64,000 nucleotides of DNA. Origin: an uncultured delta proteobacterium. GTDB lineage: Bacteria; Desulfobacterota; BSN033; UBA1163. The DNA lies in assembly GCA_963827685.1 (NCBI GenBank), contig CAWHBU010000002.1, positions 416,001-480,000 on the forward strand, given 5' to 3'. Both the position numbers and the translations under genes were made by a program. This document shows, in pieces, positions 19,258 through 29,815 of this stretch. Below the pieces are notes generated by a model, which saw nothing but the letters and a program-made list of their open reading frames with translations, was not told the origin of the DNA and searched no databases. How positions within the stretch are numbered: the stretch's first letter is position 1; the number at the start of each line of letters is the position of its first letter.

Positions 19258-19410
19258 TAAATAAAGATTAAACGGGCATTAAATTTAGATTAAGATTTCT
19301 TAACTTCGGCAAATAGAATTTTAAGCTTTTGGGAGAGGGCAATTCACAAAGCGAAGGTTGAACCCTTACTCGGTTCCCTTCACACCTCAATTCCTTCGTA
19401 CCGTAGAGAA

Positions 19411-20534
19411 CTAGTATCTAATTATATAAATAAGCGTACTTATTTTTAGGGTGAACTGATTTGACATAACGCTTGGTCCATTCAAACGGGGCTGCCTTTT
19501 CGTTATGGACGGAAATAAACTCATCGATCGCCTGGCGCAACTGTCGGACGCTTGTAAAGGAGGCGCCCCTCAAGGCATAGCGGCTCAGAAGACTGAACCA
19601 GATTTCGATCTGGTTCAGCCAGGAAGCATGTGTGGGCGTAAAATGAAAATGAACCTTCGGATGGCGTTTAATCCAATGATCCCTCTTCGGTCGATGAGTC
19701 TTCAAATTGTCCATAATCACATGGATTTCCTCGTCCGGATGTTCGGCAACGATCTCGTTCATAAAATCCAGAAACTCCCGGCGACGACGGCGGCCGTAAT
19801 GGCCCGCCTTCACTTGTCCCGTGGCCACATTCAAGGCTGCAAAGAGGGTACTCGTTCCATGCCGTCTATACTCATGGTTGGCTCCCGTCAGCGCCTTGCC
19901 ATTGGGCAGTTTAAGCCACCCCTGAGCCCGTTCCAACGCCTGAATGGCTGGCTTCTCATCCATGCATACCACCATGGCGTTCTCAGGAGGATCCAGGTAA
20001 AGCCCAACAATATCAGCGGACTTCCGTGCAAATTCAGGGTCCGTCGAAATACACCAACTGCGCCGTCTCTGAAGGCTAATCCCATACTTGCGCAACACCG
20101 CCCACACTTCATAATCCGGGATGCTCGTCCTCTCCCCCAGAAGCCTTCCGTTCCACTGGGCATATCCCTTCGGAGGAGCTTCATCGATCTTGCGCAGAAT
20201 TGTGTGTTCGGTCTCTGCGGTGTACTTACGTGGCTGCCCGGGGCGCGGTTCATCAAGCAAACCTGCCAACCCTTCTCTGACGAAACGGCTACGCCATTTG
20301 CAAACGCGTGCAACACGAGTCCTCAGCCTTTTGGCAATCTCCGTGTTACTCTGCCCTTCAGCACCCCAGAGAATAATTTGCGCCCTCTCCGCCATACGCT
20401 TGGGAGTGGTATGGGTTCGAACCAATCGATCCAACTCAGCCCGTTGCTCGGGCTCCAACGTGATTTCTTTTGCTTTCCTGCTCATAATACAGGAAAGTTA
20501 GCATATTACGCTTATTATGTCAAGTAGATACTAG
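19411..20534 (-). mobile_element. IS630-family element (transposase 19418-20485)
   Basis: IR CTAGTATCTA...AATAAGCG; CMDEKP, IMDNL and TPTHASWLNQIE motifs. Confidence 0.95.
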
Positions 20535-20604
20535 TCCATCTTATCGATTACTGTTTGAAATGTCGTACTGAGGGAAGATTTACAAGAATCACGCTTTCAA
20601 GAAG

Positions 20605-20766
20605 AAGCTTTTGGGCGGGAGTTTGGTCGGAGGCAATCCCCAGTGGAGGTCTGAGGAGGTTGAAAGACCTTAGGAATGCAGGTAAATATTTTAGATTATT
20701 CTGTGAAGTCCGGAGACCTTTGTAACCCGTACTTATTTAACAAACTTAACTACGACCCCTGGGCAT
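20605..20766 (+). repeat. R1 copy 1 (162-bp att-arm-like repeat)
   Basis: Near-identical to 27706-27867 and 29816-29977. Confidence 0.95.
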
Positions 20767-20866
20767 GCGATTACCAGTTGAAAGAGAGCATGATGCCCCA
20801 ACCTACCCGCCGTTTCTTCTATGGTTTCTTAACCAAGACAAGCAGATATCCCGATTATCGCCTTGC

Positions 20867-22150
20867 CTAAGGTTCCGTCTCATCGGGATCCTCTATAACG
20901 TCGATCCCGACACCCGGTTTAAAAGGGTAAGAAATTACCCGCGAGGTCGCAAAGACATTTTGCTTGCTGGCCTCCAATAGCTTCTTTGCTTCTGCGACTA
21001 CGGCATCAGTTTGAATTAGCCTCGGCCGGACAGCAACGGCAATCTCAGCATGAAGCAAAATCGGGTTTGCGAAGCTGTCCGCATAGACCTTTGCACCAAA
21101 CTCGGCTTTACAGGCACCCGATGCCAGAAGGTACGTAAACGGCTGTACGAGGCGAACTCGATGTGGCTGAAGTGCTTCCCACTCAAAGCTATATTTCCAT
21201 TCGTCACCTTCTTTTGTCAAGCCTTTACCGCTTAACTTTTCAAGCTTACGTTCTATTTCACTGGGTTCACCCATCTGCAGATTTTCAGCGAGGGAATACC
21301 AAGTTACGGCATATTGGGACCTTGCCGAACGTAAAGGATTCGTTTGCGATACCTGAAAAGCACCTGCCGATGCCGTTATTGACATTTCCACGTAGAGGTT
21401 GCGTATTCCAGATGAACTGATGTTCTTAATTGCCAAGATGGCTGGAACTAATCCAGCTTCCATGCGCGCGTCTTGAAGGACTCGCTCAAAATACTGCTTG
21501 AGCTCGCGATCAATTTCAATATCGGGGGCCGACAGTTTAAGCACGTCGACACCTGTTGACAATGAGTTACCCGCAAGCTCGCCTGTTTCCAGAGACACAA
21601 ACTGGAGATCGAGAGGCAGCGGTTGACCTGAATTGTCCACCCTTTGCAGATCACGGATCTTCAATTCCAGTTGGTTTGCAAATTTGTCACGAAAATTAAG
21701 TGAAGAACCGAAGACCTCTACAAGTGCATGCGATGATATTCTCTCCTTGAAAGTTTTTAGCTTTTCCATCTGGTCAAGATCGACATGGCTAGGATCAACT
21801 GGGACATGGGAAAAATACAGCATCACTGGCTTGCCGGCTTTTGCCACTCGTTCGATTTCTTCCAATGTGCCGCTGTCAGCCTCACCGGTTGGCGTACCGA
21901 GCCTGGTCCAGAAAATCCCGACGAGAAGGTCACAATCATCAACTATCCTGCGGTTAACCGCCTCTTGTGGTCGCACGTTATATTCAGGGGCAGCATGGGT
22001 TTCCCACCTGAGAGGAAGAACGACAACGCGGCGATTGTCCGAATGAAGGTTATTCCAGTCTTGCATCACACGGACAGCTGCTTCACGCTCTTCAAGAACG
22101 TCAGAAGGAGATGCGATGAGAATTCGGTACACGCGAGCGTCATAGGACAT
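20867..22150 (-). CDS. DUF4062 (TIR/NDT-like) domain protein
   Basis: ILIASPSDVLEERE...LRWE...CDLLVGIFWTRLGTPT...SGTLEEIE. Confidence 0.82.
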   Translation of the reverse strand: MSYDARVYRILIASPSDVLEEREAAVRVMQDWNNLHSDNRRVVVLPLRWETHAAPEYNVRPQEAVNRRIVDDCDLLVGIFWTRLGTPTGEADSGTLEEIERVAKAGKPVMLYFSHVPVDPSHVDLDQMEKLKTFKERISSHALVEVFGSSLNFRDKFANQLELKIRDLQRVDNSGQPLPLDLQFVSLETGELAGNSLSTGVDVLKLSAPDIEIDRELKQYFERVLQDARMEAGLVPAILAIKNISSSGIRNLYVEMSITASAGAFQVSQTNPLRSARSQYAVTWYSLAENLQMGEPSEIERKLEKLSGKGLTKEGDEWKYSFEWEALQPHRVRLVQPFTYLLASGACKAEFGAKVYADSFANPILLHAEIAVAVRPRLIQTDAVVAEAKKLLEASKQNVFATSRVISYPFKPGVGIDVIEDPDETEP

Positions 22151-22627
22151 TAGGGAATCTCACTCTACACCAGAGGTCCACACCGCTAATCGCGCCTCGA
22201 ATATTTTCTAAACCATTGAGGCTTTTCTGCTCAAAAAGGTCTGAATTAGATAAAATTCATCCAGCAAGAAAAGATCGTTTAGCACTATAAAACACAGAAT
22301 TGAGATAATTGGAACAAATTATCGTCGGAATCGGAGCATACCCCATTGCTACTTTTCGTTTATAATATACACCTTTTTCAAAAAATAGCAAAGCGAAAAC
22401 TTCATGAAGAACTTCTCTTTTCTCCTAAATCTTGCCGGCCTCAATCCCGTTTTAACGCTTCCCTACAAATCTTCAGTCTAAGATGACTCTGAGGATCGAC
22501 AATTACTGGTAGAAACATGCACAAAAAAAGGCAGGACTATTTCTAACCCTGCCTTTGCTCTTTGACCACTGAATATTGACTTACTTCCCTCGATGATGGC
22601 GTGCTTAGTCCAAGCCTCCATCCCCTC

Positions 22628-23212
22628 CTACCGGTATTTTCTGCGTTGGATTTCACTCCGAATCCTACTCCTCTCCCGCCCATCAGAGACATAGAGGGAG
22701 GGTGGGACATTCCATCCCAATCCCCGATGCTGTCTGATGATTGAATGAAAATTTTTTAGGCCAACCTTCCGCCCTATCGTGTGGATCCGGAGTCGTTTCA
22801 TAAAATAGATCGCATAAGCCTTCTCTGCTCTCTTTGAGCGGAGTCTTCCAAATTTCTGACTGACCAATCCCCGGTTTCTCAGCGTTCGGAAATGGTAAAA
22901 GTATTTTGCTCTTGATCCCCCCGTTTCCTTTTTGATCGTGTGGGAAGAAATAAATTCGCTGTGGGGTTTCTTGCTGATCTGGATCAGCTTCTGACAAAAA
23001 CGACATCCCTCCGTTTGATGCCCTCTGGGTTTCAATGGTCTCTTGATCCCCTGCCTTTTAGAAAAGGCATAAACCGCCTGCCTCGACACTCCATACCTTT
23101 TCCCCAGTTTCTCGAAGGGAAGAGTAGTCCTTTTCAAGTCCCTTAGCAAATCGTCTTCCTTACCCCGAAGTATTCCCCATCTTCTCATTATCATCTTAGG
23201 AACTTTCAGCAA
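22628..23212 (-). CDS. Basic hypothetical protein with HTH
   Basis: FEKLGKRYGVSRQAVY HTH, CxxC, K/R-rich. Confidence 0.6.
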   Translation of the reverse strand: MLKVPKMIMRRWGILRGKEDDLLRDLKRTTLPFEKLGKRYGVSRQAVYAFSKRQGIKRPLKPRGHQTEGCRFCQKLIQISKKPHSEFISSHTIKKETGGSRAKYFYHFRTLRNRGLVSQKFGRLRSKRAEKAYAIYFMKRLRIHTIGRKVGLKNFHSIIRQHRGLGWNVPPSLYVSDGRERSRIRSEIQRRKYR

Positions 23213-23410
23213 AATTTTAATTCTTCCATTCCAATCTATTCAATCAGAAACGAGGTGTCAATGAGAATTGGGAGGAGGGTTTAGTCGTCCTTGAATTTTT
23301 GCTAAGCACGGAGTATCTATGAAAAAGAGAGTGCGGGGATGAACTTCGGCCTGCAAATTGAAGACCACTGTTATAAATTGTGATAAAATTAGCTCAAAAG
23401 GACTGGAAAG

Positions 23411-23590
23411 ATGAAGGTATGGGAATACCTTTTAGATTTTTCGGCAAGGATACTTGCTCCGAATTTTCTAAAAATTGGCCTCATCGTTGTTGTTATATGG
23501 CTTCTAATTTCAGGTCTTAGAAAGGGGTTAAGAAAGGCGAGTCGGAATAACGATTCTGAGGAAAATAACGAAGATAACAATAGGGACTAA
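23411..23590 (+). CDS. Small single-TM protein
   Basis: Hand translation, 59 aa: MKVWEYLL...IGLIVVVIWLLISGLRK... Confidence 0.45.
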   Translation: MKVWEYLLDFSARILAPNFLKIGLIVVVIWLLISGLRKGLRKASRNNDSEENNEDNNRD

Positions 23591-23685
23591 TTTAGATTTT
23601 TGAATCCTCTTTTAAGAAGTCACTGGGGAGCATCTTCTCAATAGGATTGTGGGTTGGTAGTTCAAATCCCTCCGTGGGCTGTGAA

Positions 23686-23832
23686 TTATCCCGAAAGAAT
23701 ATTCAAAAACTTTTTAAACTTAATCATATCCTCTGGAGAGATATCAATAAATTTTACTCCACACCGATAATCTCCCCAGCTTTCACCCAAATGAATCTCT
23801 GTCCAACCTACCTCGGCCAGCACTTCAACGAA
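23686..23832 (-). pseudogene. PilZ-domain C-terminal fragment
   Basis: Hand translation FVEVLAEVGWTEIHLGESWGDYRCGVKFIDISPEDMIKFKKFL; EVxW...GVKF pattern; no N-terminal half. Confidence 0.6.
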
Positions 23833-23848
23833 ATTCGACCATATCCTC

Positions 23849-24280
23849 TCAGGGTGGCCAAATGAGAGAAGCGCTGAGACAGTCGCCTTGCTCGTGAAAA
23901 ACTCTTTCCCCCAGAGTCAAGGTTATTCCGACCTCAGAGCAGCATTCGATCGTCCGGGTCCGCTCTTTTGCCAACTTTTCGTTCCAGGAGTAAACACCCG
24001 CTGTATAATATTCTTCAGTCCCGCGGTCGGTACGCACCGAAAATCGGGAGAAGCGCCAAGGTACTCCAAAACGGATTGAAACCGGCCGGTGGGTGACGGA
24101 GTGAATGAATTCAATCCGGCCCTCCTGCCAGGCCCAGAACCAGAATGTATTGGAGCTGCGATTTCCGGCGATTCGGACCGGCCGGACGAATCCCGCCACG
24201 AAAAGGACTGGAATCAGGATAACCGCAAGGGACAAAGTTCTTGTGGAAACCCATTTGCCTTCTGGGGCAAGGTCAATCAC
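23849..24280 (-). CDS. DUF1850-like TRAP-TAXI accessory protein
   Basis: FIHSV motif, N-terminal TM, coupled to the TAXI gene. Confidence 0.65.
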   Translation of the reverse strand: MIDLAPEGKWVSTRTLSLAVILIPVLFVAGFVRPVRIAGNRSSNTFWFWAWQEGRIEFIHSVTHRPVSIRFGVPWRFSRFSVRTDRGTEEYYTAGVYSWNEKLAKERTRTIECCSEVGITLTLGERVFHEQGDCLSASLIWPP

Positions 24281-25272
24281 TTCAACGTGCCTGTTTCCTT
24301 AAAGTAGCGTAACGAACCCGGGTCGTAAGGAATGATTCCATGAATGAACTTTACCGCATTCGCAGGAGTGGTGTCCTTGGCCGCTTTGGCCGAAGCCTGC
24401 AGTTGCGCCAGATGTTCGAAGACTGCCTTGGTGATGGAGTAAGAATATTTCTCGGGCAAATCCTTTGGTCCCACGAAGAGGTTCCAGAAGGCCAGTGTCG
24501 GGTTGTCCCTGTCGGTCTTGTAGACTTCCTTGGGGATCACGCCCGCTTCCAGCACTCCGGGGAATTTCTGGAGAAGTTTTTTTACCAGGTCTGACGGTAT
24601 GTCCACCAATTCTATCTTACTCCCCTTGCGAGCCAAAGAGGTGGCAAGCTCGGTCACCGAGGCAGTAGGGAGGCCCCCGGACCAGAAATAAGCGTCCAGA
24701 GTTCCTTGTGACATCGCTTCCGACAATTCAGAGGCTCCCAAACGTTCTTGCTTGCCTAAATCGGAAGTCTTCAGCCCGGCCGCATCCAGCACCATAAAGG
24801 CCTCTACCTCGGTGCCCGACCCTGGGGCCCCGGTAGAGACACGCTTTCCCTTCAAGTCGGCTACGGTTTTAATACTTGATCCAGACACGGCCACGAGATG
24901 TAGGTAGTTGGGATACATGGCCCACATGATTCTGATTTCTTTAGCGGGTTTATCTTTGAAGCGATCAAGTTTTCCGGTATATGCAAGGTAAGCCGAATCG
25001 GGAAGGACCGTCCCGAGATAGTAGGTATTCTTGGCCGGGATCGTCCGCCGTTGAATCAGGAGAAGATTGTCCACCGATGCCGCAGTCTGGATGGCGGTTG
25101 CTTCTACTCCAGCGTACTTCGTCAGGATTTCGGCGACTGTCGTCCCGTAGTAATAGTAAACTCCGCCAATGCCACCGGTAGTAACCAAAATCCTGGGTTT
25201 CTCCTCCGCGGCGACGACCAGGGTAGCCAGTCCAAAAATCATTGCCAAAACGATACATGTGATTTTCTTCAT
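24277..25272 (-). CDS. TAXI-family TRAP solute-binding protein
   Basis: Signal peptide; TGGIGGVYY, ASVDN, DLKGKRVSTGAPGSGT. Confidence 0.93.
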   Translation of the reverse strand: MKKITCIVLAMIFGLATLVVAAEEKPRILVTTGGIGGVYYYYGTTVAEILTKYAGVEATAIQTAASVDNLLLIQRRTIPAKNTYYLGTVLPDSAYLAYTGKLDRFKDKPAKEIRIMWAMYPNYLHLVAVSGSSIKTVADLKGKRVSTGAPGSGTEVEAFMVLDAAGLKTSDLGKQERLGASELSEAMSQGTLDAYFWSGGLPTASVTELATSLARKGSKIELVDIPSDLVKKLLQKFPGVLEAGVIPKEVYKTDRDNPTLAFWNLFVGPKDLPEKYSYSITKAVFEHLAQLQASAKAAKDTTPANAVKFIHGIIPYDPGSLRYFKETGTLK

Positions 25273-25360
25273 TCCAACCTCCTCTCACGTTTTGAAAATC
25301 GGGTTAAAGGTGCTTTCCTCAGAAGGTGTCAAGAAATCGCATGCCTTACAGAATGATTCT

Positions 25361-27466
25361 CTATTCGGCAGCGCTGACAGCTTCGGATTTCTTACCCAGG
25401 AAGAACCAGATCGAAACAAGCAAAACTGCCATGTTGACCCAAAGATAAGGTGCAAATAGACCAATAGAAATGATTCCGAGGACCCAACATTCCCATGGGC
25501 GCAACGGCCGCCGTGCATAACCCACCGTGGCTGCTGCCATACAGATCGCGCCCGCCGACACGATTGCCAGGCGAAGGATGAAGCCGGTGATCGCGTCGAA
25601 ACCCGAAGCAGTCCGCCACATTGGCAACAGGAGAAGGGCCGTGCCCCGGTAAGCCAGGATGAAGGAAAAGCCCACGAGATACTTGGGCAAGGCCACAATG
25701 GCCGCATGCCAACCTGTCTTTAACGGGTTCGTTAAAAAAACCGAAGCCGAGGCATACGCGGAGAGGGCCACGGGCGGGGTCACATCGGCCAGAATCGAAT
25801 AATACATCAGGAACATATGTGTGGACAGCAGGGCCGCTTCGGGAGGGATGCCGTTAGCGATGGCTATTTGCACGATGCCCGGGGCCGTCAGGGACGAAGC
25901 CACCACGTATGTCGCCGTTGGCGGAATCCCCATTCCCAGGAGCAAACTTAACACCGCCGCTAAAAAGGTGGCAATAAACAGGCTCTGTCCGGAAACCAAT
26001 GCCATGAACTGGGAAAATTTGTTCGGAAGACCGGTCATGACCATTAAGGTCAGGATCAAGTTGGCACAGACCACGGCTGTGCCGATGGGGATCAAGGTTG
26101 AGAAACCATCAGCCAGCCCTTTCAGGAGCACACGCGGGCTCACTGGACGAAGCGTGGGGTCCAGGTAGCAAAAAATGACGAAGAGAACCACGGCAGAAGC
26201 TACGGCCATGCTGATCGAGTAGCCCAGATAGATGAAGACCACAATTAAAAGGATGGGGACGAAAATGTAGCAGTACCGGCGAAAATACCGCCCACCATAG
26301 CTTTTTTCATTCTCGATGGGCTTCAGCCCGATCTTCTTAACATAAAAATAGTTGTAAGCCATGATGGCCACGAGATAGAGAAACATCGGTCCCAAGGCCA
26401 TGATGCAAACCCATAAATAAGGGATGGAAAGTATCTCCACCATGACAAAGGCCATGGAGCCCAAAACGGGTGGGGTGATCATGGCTATGGTGCCTGCAGT
26501 GGCGGCTATTCCGGAGGCGACATAGCGATCATATCCTGCCTTTTCGAACATGGGCTTGCTGATAGTCGATACGAACTGGGTGTCCGCCGCGCCGGAACCG
26601 CTGAACATGCCCATGAAAACGGAAGCCAGACACGTGACTATGCCTGGGCTGTCGGCCCGCCCGCGGGCGGCCATTGAGGCGATGTTGGCGATTATCCGGC
26701 CCAAATTCAAGACGCTAATCATACCCCCCAAGATGGTGAAGTAGACGAGATACTTCATGGACACGCCGGTAATGAGTCCGAACAGCCCGGCCTCGGTCTC
26801 GCTGAAAAGTTTTCCCAGCAACAGGTCAAAGCCGAAAGAAGGGTGTGAAAAGACGCCCGAGAGCATATCTCCATACAGGTTGTAAAGAAGGAAAATAAGA
26901 ACCAGAGACGGCAGGATGGCTCCGGTATAACGGTAAACCTGGCCGAGCAAGAGAAGAGTGAGCCCGAAACCCATGACGAGGTCCCAAGGTTCCGGTATCA
27001 TGGCCCGCTCAATGATGTCTTGGAAAAAGATCACCAAATAAAGAAAAGCCACGGTGGCGAGGATAGCCCCGACTTTATTCAGCCACGGGCCCGAGCGGGG
27101 ATAAACGGCCGGCAGGACTGCCACCAGCCAAAAAATGGTGGCCACAACATTGAATTGCAGGTTCAACCCCAGCTGCCAGAAGGCATAGAGCGGAAATGCA
27201 GCCAAAATTGCGAAGACAAAAGAACCGACTCCCGCTCGCCTATCGACTCGGATCGAGGATAGAAGGTATCCTGTCAGGAGAAGGAAAAACACGTGAGTCG
27301 CCCTCTGTACCTGGGTGAGGTCCAGGATGGAAATGGATAGTTTTGAGAGCGGCGTGTAAGGGTGAACCACTAAGTACAAGCTGTAGAGGCTGGCGATGAT
27401 CAGGAGCGGGGTGATGATAAAACGTCTGAGGATGCTATCTTGGGTACTCTGGGGTTCTGCGTGCAT
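25361..27466 (-). CDS. TRAP transporter 4TM/12TM fused permease
   Basis: Polytopic; SGSGAAD, ITPPVLG, LGMGIP, ADVTPPVALSAY. Confidence 0.92.
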   Translation of the reverse strand: MHAEPQSTQDSILRRFIITPLLIIASLYSLYLVVHPYTPLSKLSISILDLTQVQRATHVFFLLLTGYLLSSIRVDRRAGVGSFVFAILAAFPLYAFWQLGLNLQFNVVATIFWLVAVLPAVYPRSGPWLNKVGAILATVAFLYLVIFFQDIIERAMIPEPWDLVMGFGLTLLLLGQVYRYTGAILPSLVLIFLLYNLYGDMLSGVFSHPSFGFDLLLGKLFSETEAGLFGLITGVSMKYLVYFTILGGMISVLNLGRIIANIASMAARGRADSPGIVTCLASVFMGMFSGSGAADTQFVSTISKPMFEKAGYDRYVASGIAATAGTIAMITPPVLGSMAFVMVEILSIPYLWVCIMALGPMFLYLVAIMAYNYFYVKKIGLKPIENEKSYGGRYFRRYCYIFVPILLIVVFIYLGYSISMAVASAVVLFVIFCYLDPTLRPVSPRVLLKGLADGFSTLIPIGTAVVCANLILTLMVMTGLPNKFSQFMALVSGQSLFIATFLAAVLSLLLGMGIPPTATYVVASSLTAPGIVQIAIANGIPPEAALLSTHMFLMYYSILADVTPPVALSAYASASVFLTNPLKTGWHAAIVALPKYLVGFSFILAYRGTALLLLPMWRTASGFDAITGFILRLAIVSAGAICMAAATVGYARRPLRPWECWVLGIISIGLFAPYLWVNMAVLLVSIWFFLGKKSEAVSAAE

Positions 27467-27705
27467 ATTCAGTCTTATTTCTTTATCCAGGAATTAAATT
27501 CTACGAGACCTGGCTTCTTACCTATTTATCCCCCGCCACCCGCCACAATCTGAGGGTGAACTAAATATACGAAAGAACGAAGTTGAATGTCAAGAAGGAA
27601 GACAACAAGATATGAAGGAAGGTTTTAGGCCAGTATTGCAGATAACGATTACCAAATGAAAACTTGCATCATGGGCGAAATCTGTCAGCCGACGACTACA
27701 GGAAA

Positions 27706-27986
27706 AAGCTTTTGGGCGGGAGTTTGGTCGGAGGCAATCCCCAATGGAGGTCTGAGGAGGTTAAAAGACCTTAGGTTTGCAGTTAAATATTTTAGATTAT
27801 TCTGTGAAGTCCAGAGACCTTTGCAACCCGTACTTATTTAACAAACTTAACTACGCCCCCTGGGCATTAACCGAAATCGCTGCAAGAGGCCGCAGATATA
27901 CTCGGCATAGATCAGGCGACCCTATGGCGCCGCAGGAAGAAGTACGGGATTTGATATGAGTGGAAGGAAGGATTCGGTGCTTTGTT
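27706..27986 (+). repeat. R1 copy 2 + R2 copy 2
   Basis: R1 at 27706-27867, 6-bp linker TAACCG, R2 at 27874-27986. Confidence 0.95.
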
Positions 27987-28196
27987 ACGGTAGAAATAGC
28001 ATATACTAATTAAATGTATAAAGATCACATCACAACTTTTTGAAACTGCATACCCATAAGAGAAAAACACAAAATATTTTGCAGGAGTCTCTATTGAAAA
28101 CGAATCAACCCTTTTGAAATTTGTCCCGCCGGGGGGAAGTTCAGCCAATTCTTCAGAAGGCTAATTTGTTAGGTGGGTTATCATTTCCGGGTAGAT

Positions 28197-29624
28197 CTAT
28201 GAATTATTCTCCTTTGAGTGGTGACTCAATCGCGCAAGCTTCCCACGAACGGAATCAACGTACTCTTTAAGCCTATAGACCTCTCCAAAAAAAGTAAGGG
28301 GCACGCGAATTCGATGGATCGAAGCTTCGATCTGATCAAGTCTTCCCTGATATTCCAATACCCTTTCTGGCTCCGGATTTTTCATTGCATCCGATTCGAG
28401 ATTCTTTAGTTCTCCAAACCAGCGGTAGAATTTGCGGCGGTTCCGCCAGGAGTATAGCCAGGGTATGCCTCGCATTAGAGGAATCAAGACGATGGCCACC
28501 GGCACCAGGATCAAAATCAGGCGGTCAACTAAAACCGCCACCCCAAAAGGAAGGTAATCGAGCAAAAAAGGGCGGCCTTTCTTATAAAATCTCTCCGCAG
28601 AGGTGGACAACGGAAAATCCAGTTCCTTAGGCGAGGGGAATTCTCCTCTCTTATTCAACCAGCCGGCCCTGCTGTGAATCTCCATAGCCGCGTCCAAAAG
28701 CAGATACTGGAGAGCCGGATGCAGATTCTGGCGTACAATCAAACTTGTTGTCGTGGCGACAAGATGAATATCCTGGGGCGGTACTTTCTCCGACAGATTC
28801 AGTATTCCTTCAGGCAAAATGATATGCGACAAGGCTGGAAAAAGCCGGGTATAGGCCTCGGCATGTTTGAAACTCATCAACTTTATTTTTTCGGCGTACA
28901 GAAGTTCCCGAACGAGCGCATTGTCCTCTGTTCCGATTATCATGACTACATCCAGGGTCCCTTCGAGGAGGGCCTTATTGGCGGCGGCGCTGGGAATATC
29001 CAGCAGCAAGGTGGGAGGTTTGGCTGCACCGCTTGCCTTCAGCAAATCCAAGGAAAACTTCCGCGCCCCGCTGCCCTCTGGCCCGATGGCAATCTTCTTT
29101 CCTATAAGCCTCGAAAGGTCATCCCATGTCTCTTGGCTCCGATAAAAAACCCAGAGGGGCGAGTAGCATATTGCCCCGAGGGAAACGAGATTTTTCGTCT
29201 CGGAGGGGGAGCTTGTCCCATCCTGCACAAAACCAGCATCCACTCGCAAGGACGTATCTCCAAGACGCTTGAGGTTTTCCACCGAACCTGACGAGGGGAG
29301 TAGCTCAAGACGGACCTTTTCCCGCGCCAGGATTTTTTTGTACCGCTCACCAAAATTTGCGTAAGTCCCTCGTTCGAACCCAGTGCTCATGGTCAAAGTA
29401 TCCGGAGGTGTCAAATGATAGGCTATGACGATGGAGATGAGGGCGGTTAACAGTACCGAGGCAATAACCACCAGAAGCCTGCGATTTCGTATACCAGGAA
29501 TGAATTTTCGTCCCATTTTCGGTTCTTTGGGCATGTTACACTCCCATGCAGGCAAAGCTTTTGTCGCCGAGTAGTGATAGTGATAAAAACTTGCTTCGGG
29601 ATAGGTTGAACATACAAAAAACAA
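28197..29624 (-). CDS. TAXI-like binding protein with N- and C-terminal TM helices
   Basis: SSGSVEN, GFVQDG, KKIAIGPEGSG; true start probably later (MPKE/MGRK). Confidence 0.85.
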   Translation of the reverse strand: MFFVCSTYPEASFYHYHYSATKALPAWECNMPKEPKMGRKFIPGIRNRRLLVVIASVLLTALISIVIAYHLTPPDTLTMSTGFERGTYANFGERYKKILAREKVRLELLPSSGSVENLKRLGDTSLRVDAGFVQDGTSSPSETKNLVSLGAICYSPLWVFYRSQETWDDLSRLIGKKIAIGPEGSGARKFSLDLLKASGAAKPPTLLLDIPSAAANKALLEGTLDVVMIIGTEDNALVRELLYAEKIKLMSFKHAEAYTRLFPALSHIILPEGILNLSEKVPPQDIHLVATTTSLIVRQNLHPALQYLLLDAAMEIHSRAGWLNKRGEFPSPKELDFPLSTSAERFYKKGRPFLLDYLPFGVAVLVDRLILILVPVAIVLIPLMRGIPWLYSWRNRRKFYRWFGELKNLESDAMKNPEPERVLEYQGRLDQIEASIHRIRVPLTFFGEVYRLKEYVDSVRGKLARLSHHSKENNS

Positions 29625-29815
29625 AGGAGTAGGTCAAGAAAAATCACCAGAAAAATCACCACAAGATATGGGAGTGTCCTCCTTATCCGTTTGAGACCCA
29701 ACCCACCAATAAAAAAGTGAGGGAGGACTTTGGAGGGTCAAGAAAATAACACTGATGATTACCAATTCACATCGAGCATGCTTGGCCAAAGTGTCGGGTT
29801 GTTGACCTCAGTAAT

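Noticed and set aside
19325-19402. HATPase C-terminal remnant (GIEV*REPSKGSTF) between two IS630s
   Set aside because: Too short and degenerate to call.
19505-20527. 340-aa ORF (also the 299-aa ORF at 18347-19246)
   Set aside because: Antisense shadows of IS630 transposases.
20735-20762. dif/Xer site in R1 (minus strand GTTTGTTAAAT)
   Set aside because: Only the XerD-like arm matches; no XerC arm at 6-bp spacing.
20676-20870. Short ORFs within R1 (also 27656, 27777, 29730, 29887)
   Set aside because: Starts and stops differ among the copies; no RBS or recognisable domain.
23600-23690. Intact tRNA
   Set aside because: No D-arm or anticodon arm, and the T-stem is mismatched; kept only as a possible scar.
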